Shown: piece by piece, positions 12,179-23,247 of the stretch
Position numbering within the stretch: position 1 is the stretch's first letter
Layout of the letters: each line of letters opens with the position of its first letter
Assembly: GCA_019828565.1 (NCBI GenBank)
Contig: JAHDYR010000002.1
Span: forward strand, 1-64,000
Length of the DNA: 64,000 bases
Direction of reading: 5' to 3'
Source: Carpediemonas membranifera BICM
Taxonomy: Eukaryota > Protista > Fornicata
Made by a program: the position numbers and the translations under genes
The notes under the pieces: generated by a model
The model's input: the letters and a program-made list of their open reading frames with translations, nothing else
What the model was told of the DNA's origin: nothing
Database searches by the model: none

Positions 12179-13109
12179 ATGAGCTCTGGGGCGAAGGATT
12201 CAGCAGGATACGCCAGCATGATGTTTGAAGCGCTACTGAGGATGATTCCGAAGCTGCAGGAGTACATCGCGAGGTACCGTGGTGACGGTGGCGAGATGGA
12301 TCCGGCTATGCTTTTGCAAGCGATCCTACATCGTGTTCCTGATCTTCACCACGCTGATAAGAGACATATACGCGAGCTGTTGGCAGCTCGAAACTCAATC
12401 TGCCACAATCGCGATGTTTCCAGTGCTGCCGATTTTGCATCCTTTGAGATGTCGGTCACATGCGTCATGTCGTTTGTGACGCAGAAGGTGGGCCGTGATG
12501 ACGGCTTCAATGCCTTCATGGAGGCTCTGCACAACGAGGCGAACGGGGGGCCGACCAGGACGCGAGTTCACCCGCAAGCCCCTTCCCGCAGGGACTCCCA
12601 GCCTGTCAGGATAGTCGAGAAGCGGGTTGAGGTACCTGTTTACATGACTGCGCTGGGTCCTGATCCTGATAAGCCGAGGATGGTGGGAAAATGCCAGCAG
12701 TTTTCGCCACAGGGTGAGCATGCAGAGACTCAGACTGTGCGAGACCTAGAGGAGGCGTCTACTCAGACAGAGCTCTTGGTTGAGCCTGTTAGTACCCTGC
12801 GCACGGATGAATTATCTCGACGCGTCGTCAAGACCGCGATGTGCGATCTGCTTCGACAGAAGCTGAAGGAGAAAGCCACCGATCGTATTAGCAGGGTCAT
12901 GCGTTGTGTGCGGTGGGTCCGTGGACGATAGAGAGTGGGCCTGCACGCGACGTGGCACCAAGACGCCGAAGTCTAGCTGCCGAGATTTGTTGAAGCAGGC
13001 CACTGTTGATGCTTCAGCCGCAAGAGCAACAAAGAAGGCGCACGACACACGTAAGGTATATTTGACGGGAAAGGCAGTGGCCTGGCTTAACTCGCAGATG
13101 GAGAAATAA
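12179..13109 (+). CDS. HEPN (Swt1-like) domain protein, probable frameshift near 12925
   Basis: DPAMLL..ELLAARNSICH contains the RxxxxH motif in a helical context. Confidence 0.55.
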
Positions 13110-13141
13110 AAGATTCAGAGTCAATGGATATGTTTACAGCT

Positions 13142-13799
13142 TCAGTCATTCCATCTGTCGTCAGGGGTATCCAGATCGGACAGGGAGATGGGTCTTTTCA
13201 GACTCTGCATCCCCGCTTCGTGCAGGATACGGTTCGCGTGCCTGACTGTCATGGGGGACTACCCCAGAGCGAATCAAGGTCCTTGGACATCCAGATAAGG
13301 GTCTCAAAGGCAGGGTGATCCACGGCAGCCTCTTGCATCAACTCCTGTAGCGCGGGTCTAAGTCACGTAGGTCTGCGACATACGATCCCAGCCGGCAGAG
13401 AGCAACGACTAGGGCGAGCTGACGGTGGGACTCGGCAATGTCGTACTTCAGAGCACCCGTGAGCTTGTCGTACTCTTCCTCAGTCAGCACCTGGCGTGCC
13501 GGAAGCGTGTGAGTCCTTATCCTGCAAATTAGGTCGGTTTCGGCACCAGCAGTGCGAAGAAGGCGAACGAGAGCCTGTTGAGGCATCGAGATGGACTTGT
13601 ACCGTCCAAAACGGCAACAGAAGGACAGAGAGTCCAGAAACTGTTCGAATACGTCACTATTTTGTCGGATCTCTGTGATAATAACAACATCAGCATCCTC
13701 ATCGTCGCACTCAAGGTAAACGCACAGTTTTTGATATGTCTGCTTGTATTGCTCCTTCGTAGAGCGCTTCAGTCCCTCTAGAGCGTGCTTCAGCAGCAT
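13142..13799 (-). CDS. Degenerate tyrosine-recombinase-like protein (frameshifted)
   Basis: STKEQYKQTYQKL (core-binding-like), LTEEEYDKL, ALCRLGSYVADL at the GxRxxEL position, and after frameshifts ANRILHEAG..PISLSDL at the HxLR position. Catalytic residues are absent. Confidence 0.4.
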
Positions 13800-14800
13800 T
13801 TCGATCGAGATTAAAAATCACCCGAATTCTAGCTCTGTTCTGGCCGCTGCAGGCACCGCTGGGCGCGATAGAGCTCGGAGCGGCGTTGTCTGCCAAAAAG
13901 AGCATATTGCTCCCGGTGAAAATTGAACCCACGATCTGGAGGCTGTGTACAAAGTCTCTTCCCTCTATGCCACGACTTATGGGAAATCCGCCCTTATTAA
14001 TCTCCCTACAGGGAATATAGGCCATTTTGGAGGTATGAGCGACCGGGAGGGGGGAGATTGGGGGACATTTATGGTATGGCTGGACTCTACTCGGGCAGAC
14101 TATTATAACGAGGCTCAGACCATACCTCTACGGCCGCTATACGAGGAGAAACGAGCCAGTAAGGGCACTAGCGGCCCATGGCCGCAGCAGCGCCCAGCCA
14201 AACTCAGCTATAGTGTCACCTGAGGCCCCAAATGACGTGCTGATCAGGTCGACTCCCATCTATTGACTTGGTAATTGCAGAGGGCGTCTGAACGCGATGT
14301 CCTAATAACCGACTTGGTCGGAGCGGTTCGGCGATGACTCCGTTGTATTCCACACCTTCTTCTGATGCCGAAACATGCAGTCCTTTATAGTCAACGCGCG
14401 TCCTGTCCGTCAGGCATGAAGGGCATTCAGCAGAGGCATTGCTGCGGTCTGCAGGCCGCCCTAGCGCTTCAGGATGGCCAACTGCATGATCTGGACCCAT
14501 GTCTATCAAATCCATTTTGATCACATCAAACGTGTGTCAAATCCGGCAAATCGATTTTGCGATTAAAAAAGGGGCAGAGGGGAGGAAGCGACCCATAAGG
14601 CGTACCTATGGACCATTTCCTCCCCCCTGCCCGTTTTTTGAGTCTCAACTCTCAATTCCAATTTGTCCCTATGTTACTTTTTTCTAGCAGGATTAAAAGT
14701 TTGATACTGCGCATGCGTATTGCTTAGGTATAGCCAAGTACTACCATACCACTTTGAAGATCCAGCTCCGGCTCATCGTCGAGTTCATTTTTTCTTGCAA
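13762..14800. repeat. ~1.04-kb subterminal segment, inverted copy of 32722-33758; the end-proximal ~280 bp also recur after 52920 and 56863
   Basis: Direct sequence match. ORFs 14216..14524/32997..33305 and 13945..14223/33255..33575 are near-identical. Confidence 0.9.
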
Positions 14801-14803
14801 CCG

Positions 14804-14877
14804 TAGATAATCTAGGTTTTTTAGGCCCTAGATTATCTAGAAAAAATCGTAGATTATCTACCGACTTTCACAGTATG
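14804..14877 (-). mobile_element. Right end (type b) of a CATACTGT-family DNA transposon, abutting gag of element D
   Basis: Ends ...CACAGTATG at 14877. Three TAGATWATCTA palindromes centred 23, 44 and 69 bp from the end. Confidence 0.8.
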
Positions 14878-16970
14878 GAGGCGCACGAGGCGCGTGACAG
14901 ATGGGCTAAGGAAGGTTGCAAGGGGAGGTAGTTGGAGATTGAGGGCTCTCGCTTGAACTTGGTAGTGATCGACGTCGTCCTGGAAGGTGAAGAAGGCAGA
15001 ACGCGTAAGCGATCGCAAATACGGGATGGTGATGCCAAAAGACTGCATGTAGTATCGATACTGTGCTTGGTTTGGCCTTGAAGGGAACTTTCCAATTAAT
15101 GGATGAGAACTGATTTACTCCTGGAAACCGCAGTGGTGAAAATGGTCAAAAACCAAAACCTTAAACTGCGCCTCTGTGACGGGCAGGGGACAGGAACACC
15201 GAAGGGAAACGATGAACTAACTTTAAATTGACTTTGACGATCATTGACCAATCATAAAAAGAACTGATTGGGACAGCTAACACAACGTGACACTGCCTCC
15301 ATGAGTGGGCATAGGCCGTCTATGTTCGTAGGGGGTTCAATTGGGGTCGCCATTCGGCCCCTCATCAATTGATTCAGAAGGATGGTGGTGAACTCGCATG
15401 GTGGAAAATCTGTCCGGATACACGCAAAATCATACAACGAACCGCTAAGTAACTAATCAACATCATTATTCTTGAACGGCGTCGTGTTCCGCATCATTCT
15501 CAACGCAAAGCACACAATACAAGAGCCGCACTTGCAAATCTGCGGTTTCTGCCTCCGCAATGAGAGATGTGGAGTATTATTAAGTAGATGACGACAACTA
15601 GAGAGCTTTACGGGCGCTCTTCATCTTCTTGAGCAATTGGGGATGCTCAGCAAGATAGTCGTCAAGGGCAGCGAGCTTGTCGAGGTCTCGGGTATAAGGC
15701 TCCCAAGTTGCCTCACTATCGTCGTAGCCGTGCCAGAGCACGTGGAATTGGAGGTTCCTCTGCCTCCAGCGGTGGGCGTCAACTCCTCGGACGACATACT
15801 CGTTGTGCAGGCGGGCGGCCCATCGTTGCAGCTCAGCATCTGTATATGACCCCTTAAACGTATAAAGAGAGTCTGCGTGCGCTGTGACGGTTGCAAGAGT
15901 TGTCAGGTCCCTGAGGGTGTAGACGTTAGGGTGGTCGCCAGGTGAGAGGACTCGCATAGGGCCTCGGATGATAGGGCCAACGGGCGTGTCTCGCCGGAGT
16001 AGAACCGCTGCGCCAACGATTGGTGCGTGCGTCTCCGAAGGGGGCTCACGTGACACTGCTGATCCTTGGTGGGCCTGAAGGGCGAGGAGGGATGAGCGGA
16101 AGTGCTCGAGGGAAATAGGGGAGTCATCGGTCGCGTTGTTGGTCGTGTGGAGCTGCTTGCCGAAGAGAGCAGCGTTGGCTGAAAAGGCCGCTGTACTCAT
16201 AGGGGATGTCGTTGAGCAGAATCACTGTGTTGGGGACTTCCTCAGGCCAGCTCCTGCCTGATTCAAGGGTAAAAGCCTTCAAATGGCGCTTGATCTCGGC
16301 GTTGCGTCTTTTCAACTACACCACGGCCTGCCGGGTGATAAGCTGTACGGAGTTTATGCCTAATGCCATTCTCGGCCACGAATGACTTGAATGCCTGGGA
16401 AGAGAATCCGGATGCGTTGTCAGAGACGATAGCTTCGGGTATTCCATAGTGTTTGATCCAGTGTTCTAAAGAGTTGATGACCTCTGCTGTCGAGGTCGAC
16501 TGTGTCGGGTACACTTGGGTGAGCTTAGAGAATGTGTCAACTACGACTAGTGCGTGCCGGAGTGAGGGGTGACCATCTAGCGGACCAATGTGGTCCATTT
16601 GTACCACTTGGAAGGGGTATGCCCCAGCCAATGCATGCGGGTGCTGGCTGACGGGTTGAACGTTCAGACGGGTGAGCTGACAGACTGGGCACTCACTTAC
16701 CCATTGTTGGACGTCTTTGTGGAGACCCGGCCAAGATTGTCCCGCATTCGCGATGCGTCGGCAGGTGGCGCGAACACCGAGGTGTCCTGCTGAACCGCCA
16801 TGGTGTGCCTTGAACGTCTCGCGCTTGTTGAGCGATGCTTCTGCAGTGCTCACATGGACTAGGCGAGATAGCGTGTCAGCGACGGTGTTCTCTTGACCAG
16901 GGATATGGACGAGGTCGAAGTCGAACTCATTCATCGCCAGCGAATGACTTTGGCGTTGGTGGATTTGTGG
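14878..16970 (-). mobile_element. Ty3/gypsy family D fragment: RNase H end, integrase, chromodomain, PPT, LTR (15062-15292), palindrome (15052-15061) and gag start (15048)
   Basis: HH..CPVC, MDHIGPL, SDNASGF, and chromodomain FHVLWHGYDDSEATWEP. PPT GGAGGCAG then TGTCAC..GCACA, then GTATCGATAC and ATG of MQSFGITIP. Confidence 0.85.
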
Positions 16971-18047
16971 GCAAATAAGAACCAGTCTGCAGCACTCATC
17001 CGGATCTTGAAGTGCCACGAAAGTGCCACTATCCGACGATCCCATCGCAAAGGCAATGGCCGAAAACGGGGCAGAGACAAACGTCGACATCATGGAAGTC
17101 ACAGTTGTTTGGCCATTCGAGGCCAACACAACATAAGACGCGTTCATGGCGAAGCTACAGGCACCAGTAGGAATGGAGAGACTCTGGAAGGTGCATGTTT
17201 CCTTGCCTGCGAGATTGAACGCGGTCCTGAGGCATCTAGGTGGATCGCCAGCATAAAGCAACCTAGAAACAGAGTGAATCACATTACACTTGTCTGACGA
17301 GAAGATGAGACGGTTAATCTCGACGTCAGATGGCATGAACTCTGTCAATGAGGCATTACTCCCAACTCCGAGCTGCCCATGAGTGTTATCACCAGCAATC
17401 CACTGCTTTGCTTTGATGCGAAAGACAACAAAACGATCAAATGCGTCAATTGCCGTCGGATTCAGCGAGTGAATGCAGCTGAAGCTAGCGTAATCACAGT
17501 GACTAGTCCTCCAAAACCATGTGCCCGAGACAAATATGCCTTCACTACAGCTCAAGAGCACATACTTTCTCAGCAGCTGTAGACAGGTGATGTTGACGAA
17601 CTTCCATGGCGGATAGTTACGGCAAACCTCACTGACAGAATGGAAGAACCTGACTCGATGGCAATGGTAATACGAGTCAATCCAGGTTAACCCTCCAGCT
17701 GTGATCCCGTAGCACCTCATCTCATCGTAGTAAAACTGAGGGAAGAAATGGCCGGCGACTCTAAGTTTGAGCGTGTCTCGCTTCGCGAAACAAACCCCCC
17801 GAAAGTACAAGAGAGTACCGCCGTAACAAGGGTGTTGTGCTGTCTCTCTCTTGGTGGTATGAAACTGGAGGAAGAACATCTTGCAGGCAAACCACCAGGG
17901 GCTCTCATCACCAACACCCGCCTCCATAAATATTGCCCAGACTGTCGCTTGAAGAAGCGTAAAAAGCGTGTGGGGCAAATGGGCATCTGCATCCGGGTAG
18001 TTGATCGTAAATGACGCATGCTCTGATCGGAGCATAATCTCTATGCG
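15687..18047. repeat. 2.36-kb direct duplication of 41845-44203; 14880-15688 likewise matches 31838-32645
   Basis: Near-identical sequence and shared ORF translations. Confidence 0.95.
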
Positions 18048-21000
18048 GTTGGTTCGCTCTTTCCACCATCCCATTGGCCTGAGGATGGTACGCGGTGGTG
18101 ATATGCTGCTGGAACCCCACCTCTTGCGATAGTCGTCGGAATAGGCCATTGTGAAACTCAGATCCGCCGTCTGACTGGAGTACTTGCGGCGCTCCATATC
18201 TTAGGACCCAGGTATTGATAAAGGCCTCGGCTGCTTCTTTTCCGGAGTTGCTCTTGGCAGGGACTAATTCAGTCCAGCGAGAGCACATATCTACCATGAC
18301 GGTAATATACGAGTACCCGTCACAGGACGGCAAAGGACCCATCGTGTCGATTGCCACGCGTTGTAGTGGGGTGTCAACAGCTGTGTGGAGACCGTCGGGT
18401 TGGTCGACCGGCGGCCGATCGAGGACTTGGCAGATCGGACAGTCGGATACGACCCTATCAACTGCATCGCGTGAGACTGACAGTCCTTGGCCACGGAGGC
18501 GCTCGATCGTAAGACGTCTCGACAGGTGGACGTCGGCGAACAAGTGAGCTTGGTGAATCTGTTCGGTCGTTGCTGTCTTCTTGGCCATGGCAAACACCCT
18601 AGACAAACCGTCAGCGGCACCGTTATCGAGACCGGGAACGTGGGAGATAGTGAAATCGAGATCGGCGATAGAATCGGCCCAGCGCCTGACCTTAGCGTTG
18701 ATCGACTTATACATATAGAGCAAGTTACGGTGGTCGGTCTTGATCTCGAAGCGCTCCCAGCACAAGAACTTGCGCCAGGCCTGGAGCGCGGACACAATGG
18801 CGTACGCCTCTTTTCACCAACACTCCACCGCGACTGTACATTATTAAATGCCTTCGATAGATAGCAGACGGGCTTGCCGTCTTGGAGGAGAACCGCTCCG
18901 TATCCCACGGCGGAAGCGTCAGTCATAACAACGTGTGGACGCGTGGCGTCGAAGATCGCGAGTGCATCCGCGGAGCAGAGGGCGGCTTTCGCGTCTTCTA
19001 GTGCTTTGGAGACGTCAGCGCTTGTAGAACTCGTCTTACCGGACATTGCATCCGTTATAGGCTTGACTCGCTCGGCGAAGAAAGGGATATGATCGCGGAA
19101 GTAGTTCAGGAACCCGTGAAGGGCCTGGAACCCTCTTGTGGACTTCGGGACTTTCAACTGTGCTATATCTTCAACACGCTGAGGCGAAATGCGAACCGTA
19201 CCATTGTGGATGATCCACCCCAAGAATTCAACTTCGGCACAGTCGAACTGGCACTTATCCCGACCCAGGTGGAGTCTCATCTTTTCGACTCGGGCCATCA
19301 CTCGCTCTAGGTTATCCAGATACTCTGCCTCAGAGTCTCCCATTACAATAATGTCATCAATATAGATAATGCAGGAAGCTCCGACCAGACCCTCGAACGC
19401 AGTCTCCATCGCGCGCTGGAAATAAGCCCCAGCGTTCCGCAGGCCAAACGGCATGCGAGTGTACTGATACTGTCCGAAGACAGTTCGGAAGGCCGTTAGG
19501 TGGCGACAACGCTCGGTTAGCGCGATTTGGTGGTAACCTGCTGCAAGGTCAAGAGTGGCGAAGATCCTCTTGCGACTCAATTGTGCCAAGATCTCGTCAA
19601 TGCGAGGAATCGGATAGTCAAACGGCTCGGTCAAGGAGTTAATTTCCCGGAAATTGACCACGAACCGCGTCTTCTCACCCTTCTTGGGGACAACGATCGT
19701 CGGGCTAGAATACTCAGACTGACAGGCCTCTATGAAGCCTTTTGCAAGCAAGGTGTCAACGTGCTCCTTAACGATGGGGACCTTAGGAGGAGGCACAAAG
19801 TATGGACGGACGTTCACGACCTTGTTTCCCTTGATCACCAGGTCGTAGGGGTCTAGTAGGCTAGGCGCATCACGCTCTTTGAAGTTGGAGGCGTATCGTC
19901 GAAGTATAGACGACTGTCGGTCGCGTGCCTCTTGGGACAGCTCGGACATGGCTTGTGCGATGTATTTCGTGGCCGGTGGGGTCTCACTAGAGTCCTCAGT
20001 CGGGTCGGAGGAGCTGGGAATGGCGCTTGGCAAGAGTCCGAGACTTACCATCTGAGGAAATCCGATGATGATGTCGAACGCAGTGTCTATCACGTAGGCG
20101 CGCGAATTTTGAATCCGAAACAGAATGAACACACCGACGCTGATTTACTCCCTTCTTGGTAGGGCAGTAATCGGCCAGGTGTCCTGACTTGTGGCACTTA
20201 GGGCAGAATGCCTTCGGCTCAGCGCACTTGAAAGACGGATGCCCGGGCTTACCGCAGTTGTAGCACACGTACTGCTTCTTGGGCTTGTTCTGACGGTTGG
20301 GCTTCACTATGGGCTTCGAACCTTGGCGTTCGTGGCGCTCCGAGGGATCTTGGTGGTCACTGCGTGGCTCGCGCTCGTGAACATGTGGAGCTCTGGGACG
20401 GGCAGCAGCGGGGGAGAAGGAGTTCACCATCTCTTGCGACTCCTGTTGGTCGCGTGACATTGCCATGACTTTCGGCATGATCGAGGGGATGTCGAGGCCT
20501 TCTGCGAGCTCCTTGACCTTGTACATGATCGTGTTGGATCCTTGCACGCGGAAGCATCTGCAGTACGTCTCTTTGAGCACATCCTCAGGTACATCTGGAT
20601 TGACTAACAGCTGGAGCGCCTTGAACTTCCGATTGACGTTATTGACCTCGACGGGGTCGAAGGTCTTGGCGCGTAGACGGAAAAGATCGAGCTGAGCGGT
20701 GGATCTGCTGGGACGCAGTACGCTGCCTAGGCGCTTGAGGATTCGTAGATCGCTGAAGTTGCGCTTTTGACGGCGGCGCTCGGTAGTTGCCATCAGTAAC
20801 GGTACGTAATCATCGTCTTCGGAGTTACCGGCCTCGTCGATGCATTGCGAGACATAGTCAGCGATAGATGGATCGACGAGTTCGGAGATATCGGCCTTAC
20901 CGCCGAGGGAACGGTACGTTTGGAGGTGAAGGTAAAAATCAAGCAACGCCTTCATTGAAGGGTCGCGGAATAGCGGGGGAACCGCTTTTTCTTTGTTCTT

Positions 21001-21155
21001 AAATGTCATGATGAAAGGGGAATACTAGTATTGTGGTCTGTCAAGACTTAGAAGAACTTTTAGTAAAAGCAAAGAAGAGAGGGTTTGACCCTGCTGTGGT
21101 AAATATGGCAATAATAAATATATCAACTATGTAAACAATGGGTAGGACCCTGACA
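18048..21155 (-). mobile_element. Ty3/gypsy family A, 3'-truncated: 124-bp 5' LTR (21032-21155), gag, RT, RNase H and partial integrase
   Basis: gag 19996..21009 with two CCHC knuckles. RT LDLAAGYHQ/YIDD, RNase H TDASAVG/TDHRNL, integrase up to ANGMVERANQ. LTR TGTCAG..CCACA. The protease active-site region appears deleted. Confidence 0.9.
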
Positions 21156-23247
21156 GGCCGGCGGCTCGAGGGAGCGCAGGCGGAGGCGCTGGATAGACTG
21201 GTAAGCTTCAACTTGTGTATGAAACTTGAAGAACTCGGTCGCGATAGTGTCGAAGAGGTCGCCGTCGGGGATATCGTCGATAGGGACGCGGAGGCGTGTT
21301 GGTTCATCAATAGATTATTTAATAGTCTTGAGTCGTCCAGCTCGACACATGGGTGTCGAGCTCTATTCTTTGTAAAGCTTTGTTCTCACGAACCCACAGT
21401 AACGTTACTTACAATGACTGAGGACAAGGGTCCGTTATGTACTCAACCAGAGATTAATGCTCTGCTTTCGTTTAAGGAGAAACTCGATCGCCATGTCCGA
21501 ACGGGCGGAAAACGCCGACTTATCAAGCGTTTGGGTCCGGCTGTCACCTCATACTGTGCAGCAGTTGGTGTAGACGTAGCCAAGACGTACAAGAGCGCGA
21601 AGCACAACACAGTGACGGGCGAGAAGCGTAAGAAACATGAGAGAGAGGACCTCGTTTTCAGAGCGATTGCTAACGCAATTAAGCCCACTGATCCGATCCT
21701 AGAGCGCCGTCTTTTCCAGCTAACGACCCAGGGTATTGACGTGGGACGTCTCTCACTCTATGCCGACAGATTCATCAGCCGCAAGGCCGTCTTGGCTCCC
21801 TCTTTCTCCGACGCCGTGATGCGCAGCATGTTCGTGAAGGGAATCCAGGACGAGGACCTCCGTAGGGAGGTCAAGGAGGCGGCTACAGGGCTTGACCTTA
21901 ACAGCACCATCCAGGTCGCTCTCCAGACGTGCAAGCGTCTCCAAGAGGCTGCGATGATTACTTCCAGGACCATCAAGTCCGATTCTCAGCCTCGAAACCG
22001 CCCTCCTAAGGACCAGCGCGCAAGCCATTCTCGAGGTCTGCGCCGACAGGGCGGCCCGCCTCACCCGGGTGAGCACCAGTCTCATGGCAAGCACCAGTAC
22101 CGGGGAGCCCAGTCTGAAATGCAGAGAAGTCAGCAGACCGGCTCAAGCACCGATCATCAGAGCACCAGCCGTACCATCGTGTGCTACAACTGCGGCAAGT
22201 CCGGTCACACATCGCGCCAGTGTCGGAACCCGAAGACTGTCTGCAGCAAGTGCGGTAAGCAGGGACATCAAGACAAGTTCTGTCGGGGTACTTCAGTAAA
22301 CCCCCAGGCTTGTTCATCCTTTTCTCGTGCACCCGCTCATGTCCTGACATCGTTGAGTCAGACACACAGCAACGCGCTCCCGATAGTAACAGCAGAGGTT
22401 CCGGTCGGTAATGATCACAGTGTGCAATGGGAGCGTGTACTTTTCGACTGCGGGGCGGATATTTGCTTGGTGAACCCCCAGTCGGCAACCGCTGCTGAAC
22501 TTATTCCGACGAAGCTCAGTCAACCTATCGTCATCAAGACTCCAGGGGGATCTATTGAGTCCGACGTTTGCTATGAGATTCCCCTTCTCATGCATAAGTC
22601 ACCTTTCACTCCAAAGGCACTGTCGACTACTGTCGCCGCATACGGAGTTGAATGCATCTACGACCTTCTATTGTCGTACCCAACGATGGTTGAGTGGGGC
22701 ATCCTGCCCAGTGTCGCGGAATCTCAAGCGAGCCGGGACTCTGACGATATGGAACCGTCCGTCCCCCCAATGGACGCGATGCAGTCCTACACTATGTCAA
22801 CAGATTTTACAGCGATGCATGCGCGAATCATCGCCAAGTTCAGCCGTTGCTTCGAGGAGCGTGAGGGGTTTTCTGCCTTAGAGCCTTATGACCTGATCTT
22901 GAAGGAGGACCGAGTAGTAGCGTCCAGGTCAAATTACATCCCTCACCAGAAGCAGGGTCTGTTTGATGAGCACGTCCGGGAGCTGTTAGCCAAGAAGTAT
23001 ATTGAGGCGAGTTTCTCTCCGTACTCGTCTCCAGCTCTCCTCGTCCCGAAGGGCCGAGACAGAACTCGTATGGTTGTCGATTTCAGAAGGATCAACGACC
23101 TGACTGAGCCGTTTGATTACCCGATCCCAGAGGTTCAAGCGTGCCTCGCACGGTTGGCAGGAGCTAAGATCTTCGCCACGATTGACCTTTCGAAGGGTTA
23201 TCATCAAGTCAAGTTGTCCGAAATGTCGAGACAATACACTGCGTTCC

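Noticed and set aside
1-14877. Endogenous giant virus or Polinton
   Set aside because: No capsid, packaging ATPase, protein-primed polymerase or other viral core gene recognised.
21138-21413. N-terminal 92 aa of the 729-aa ORF
   Set aside because: It reads through antisense D gag and the B LTR. The real gag start is the ATG at 21414.
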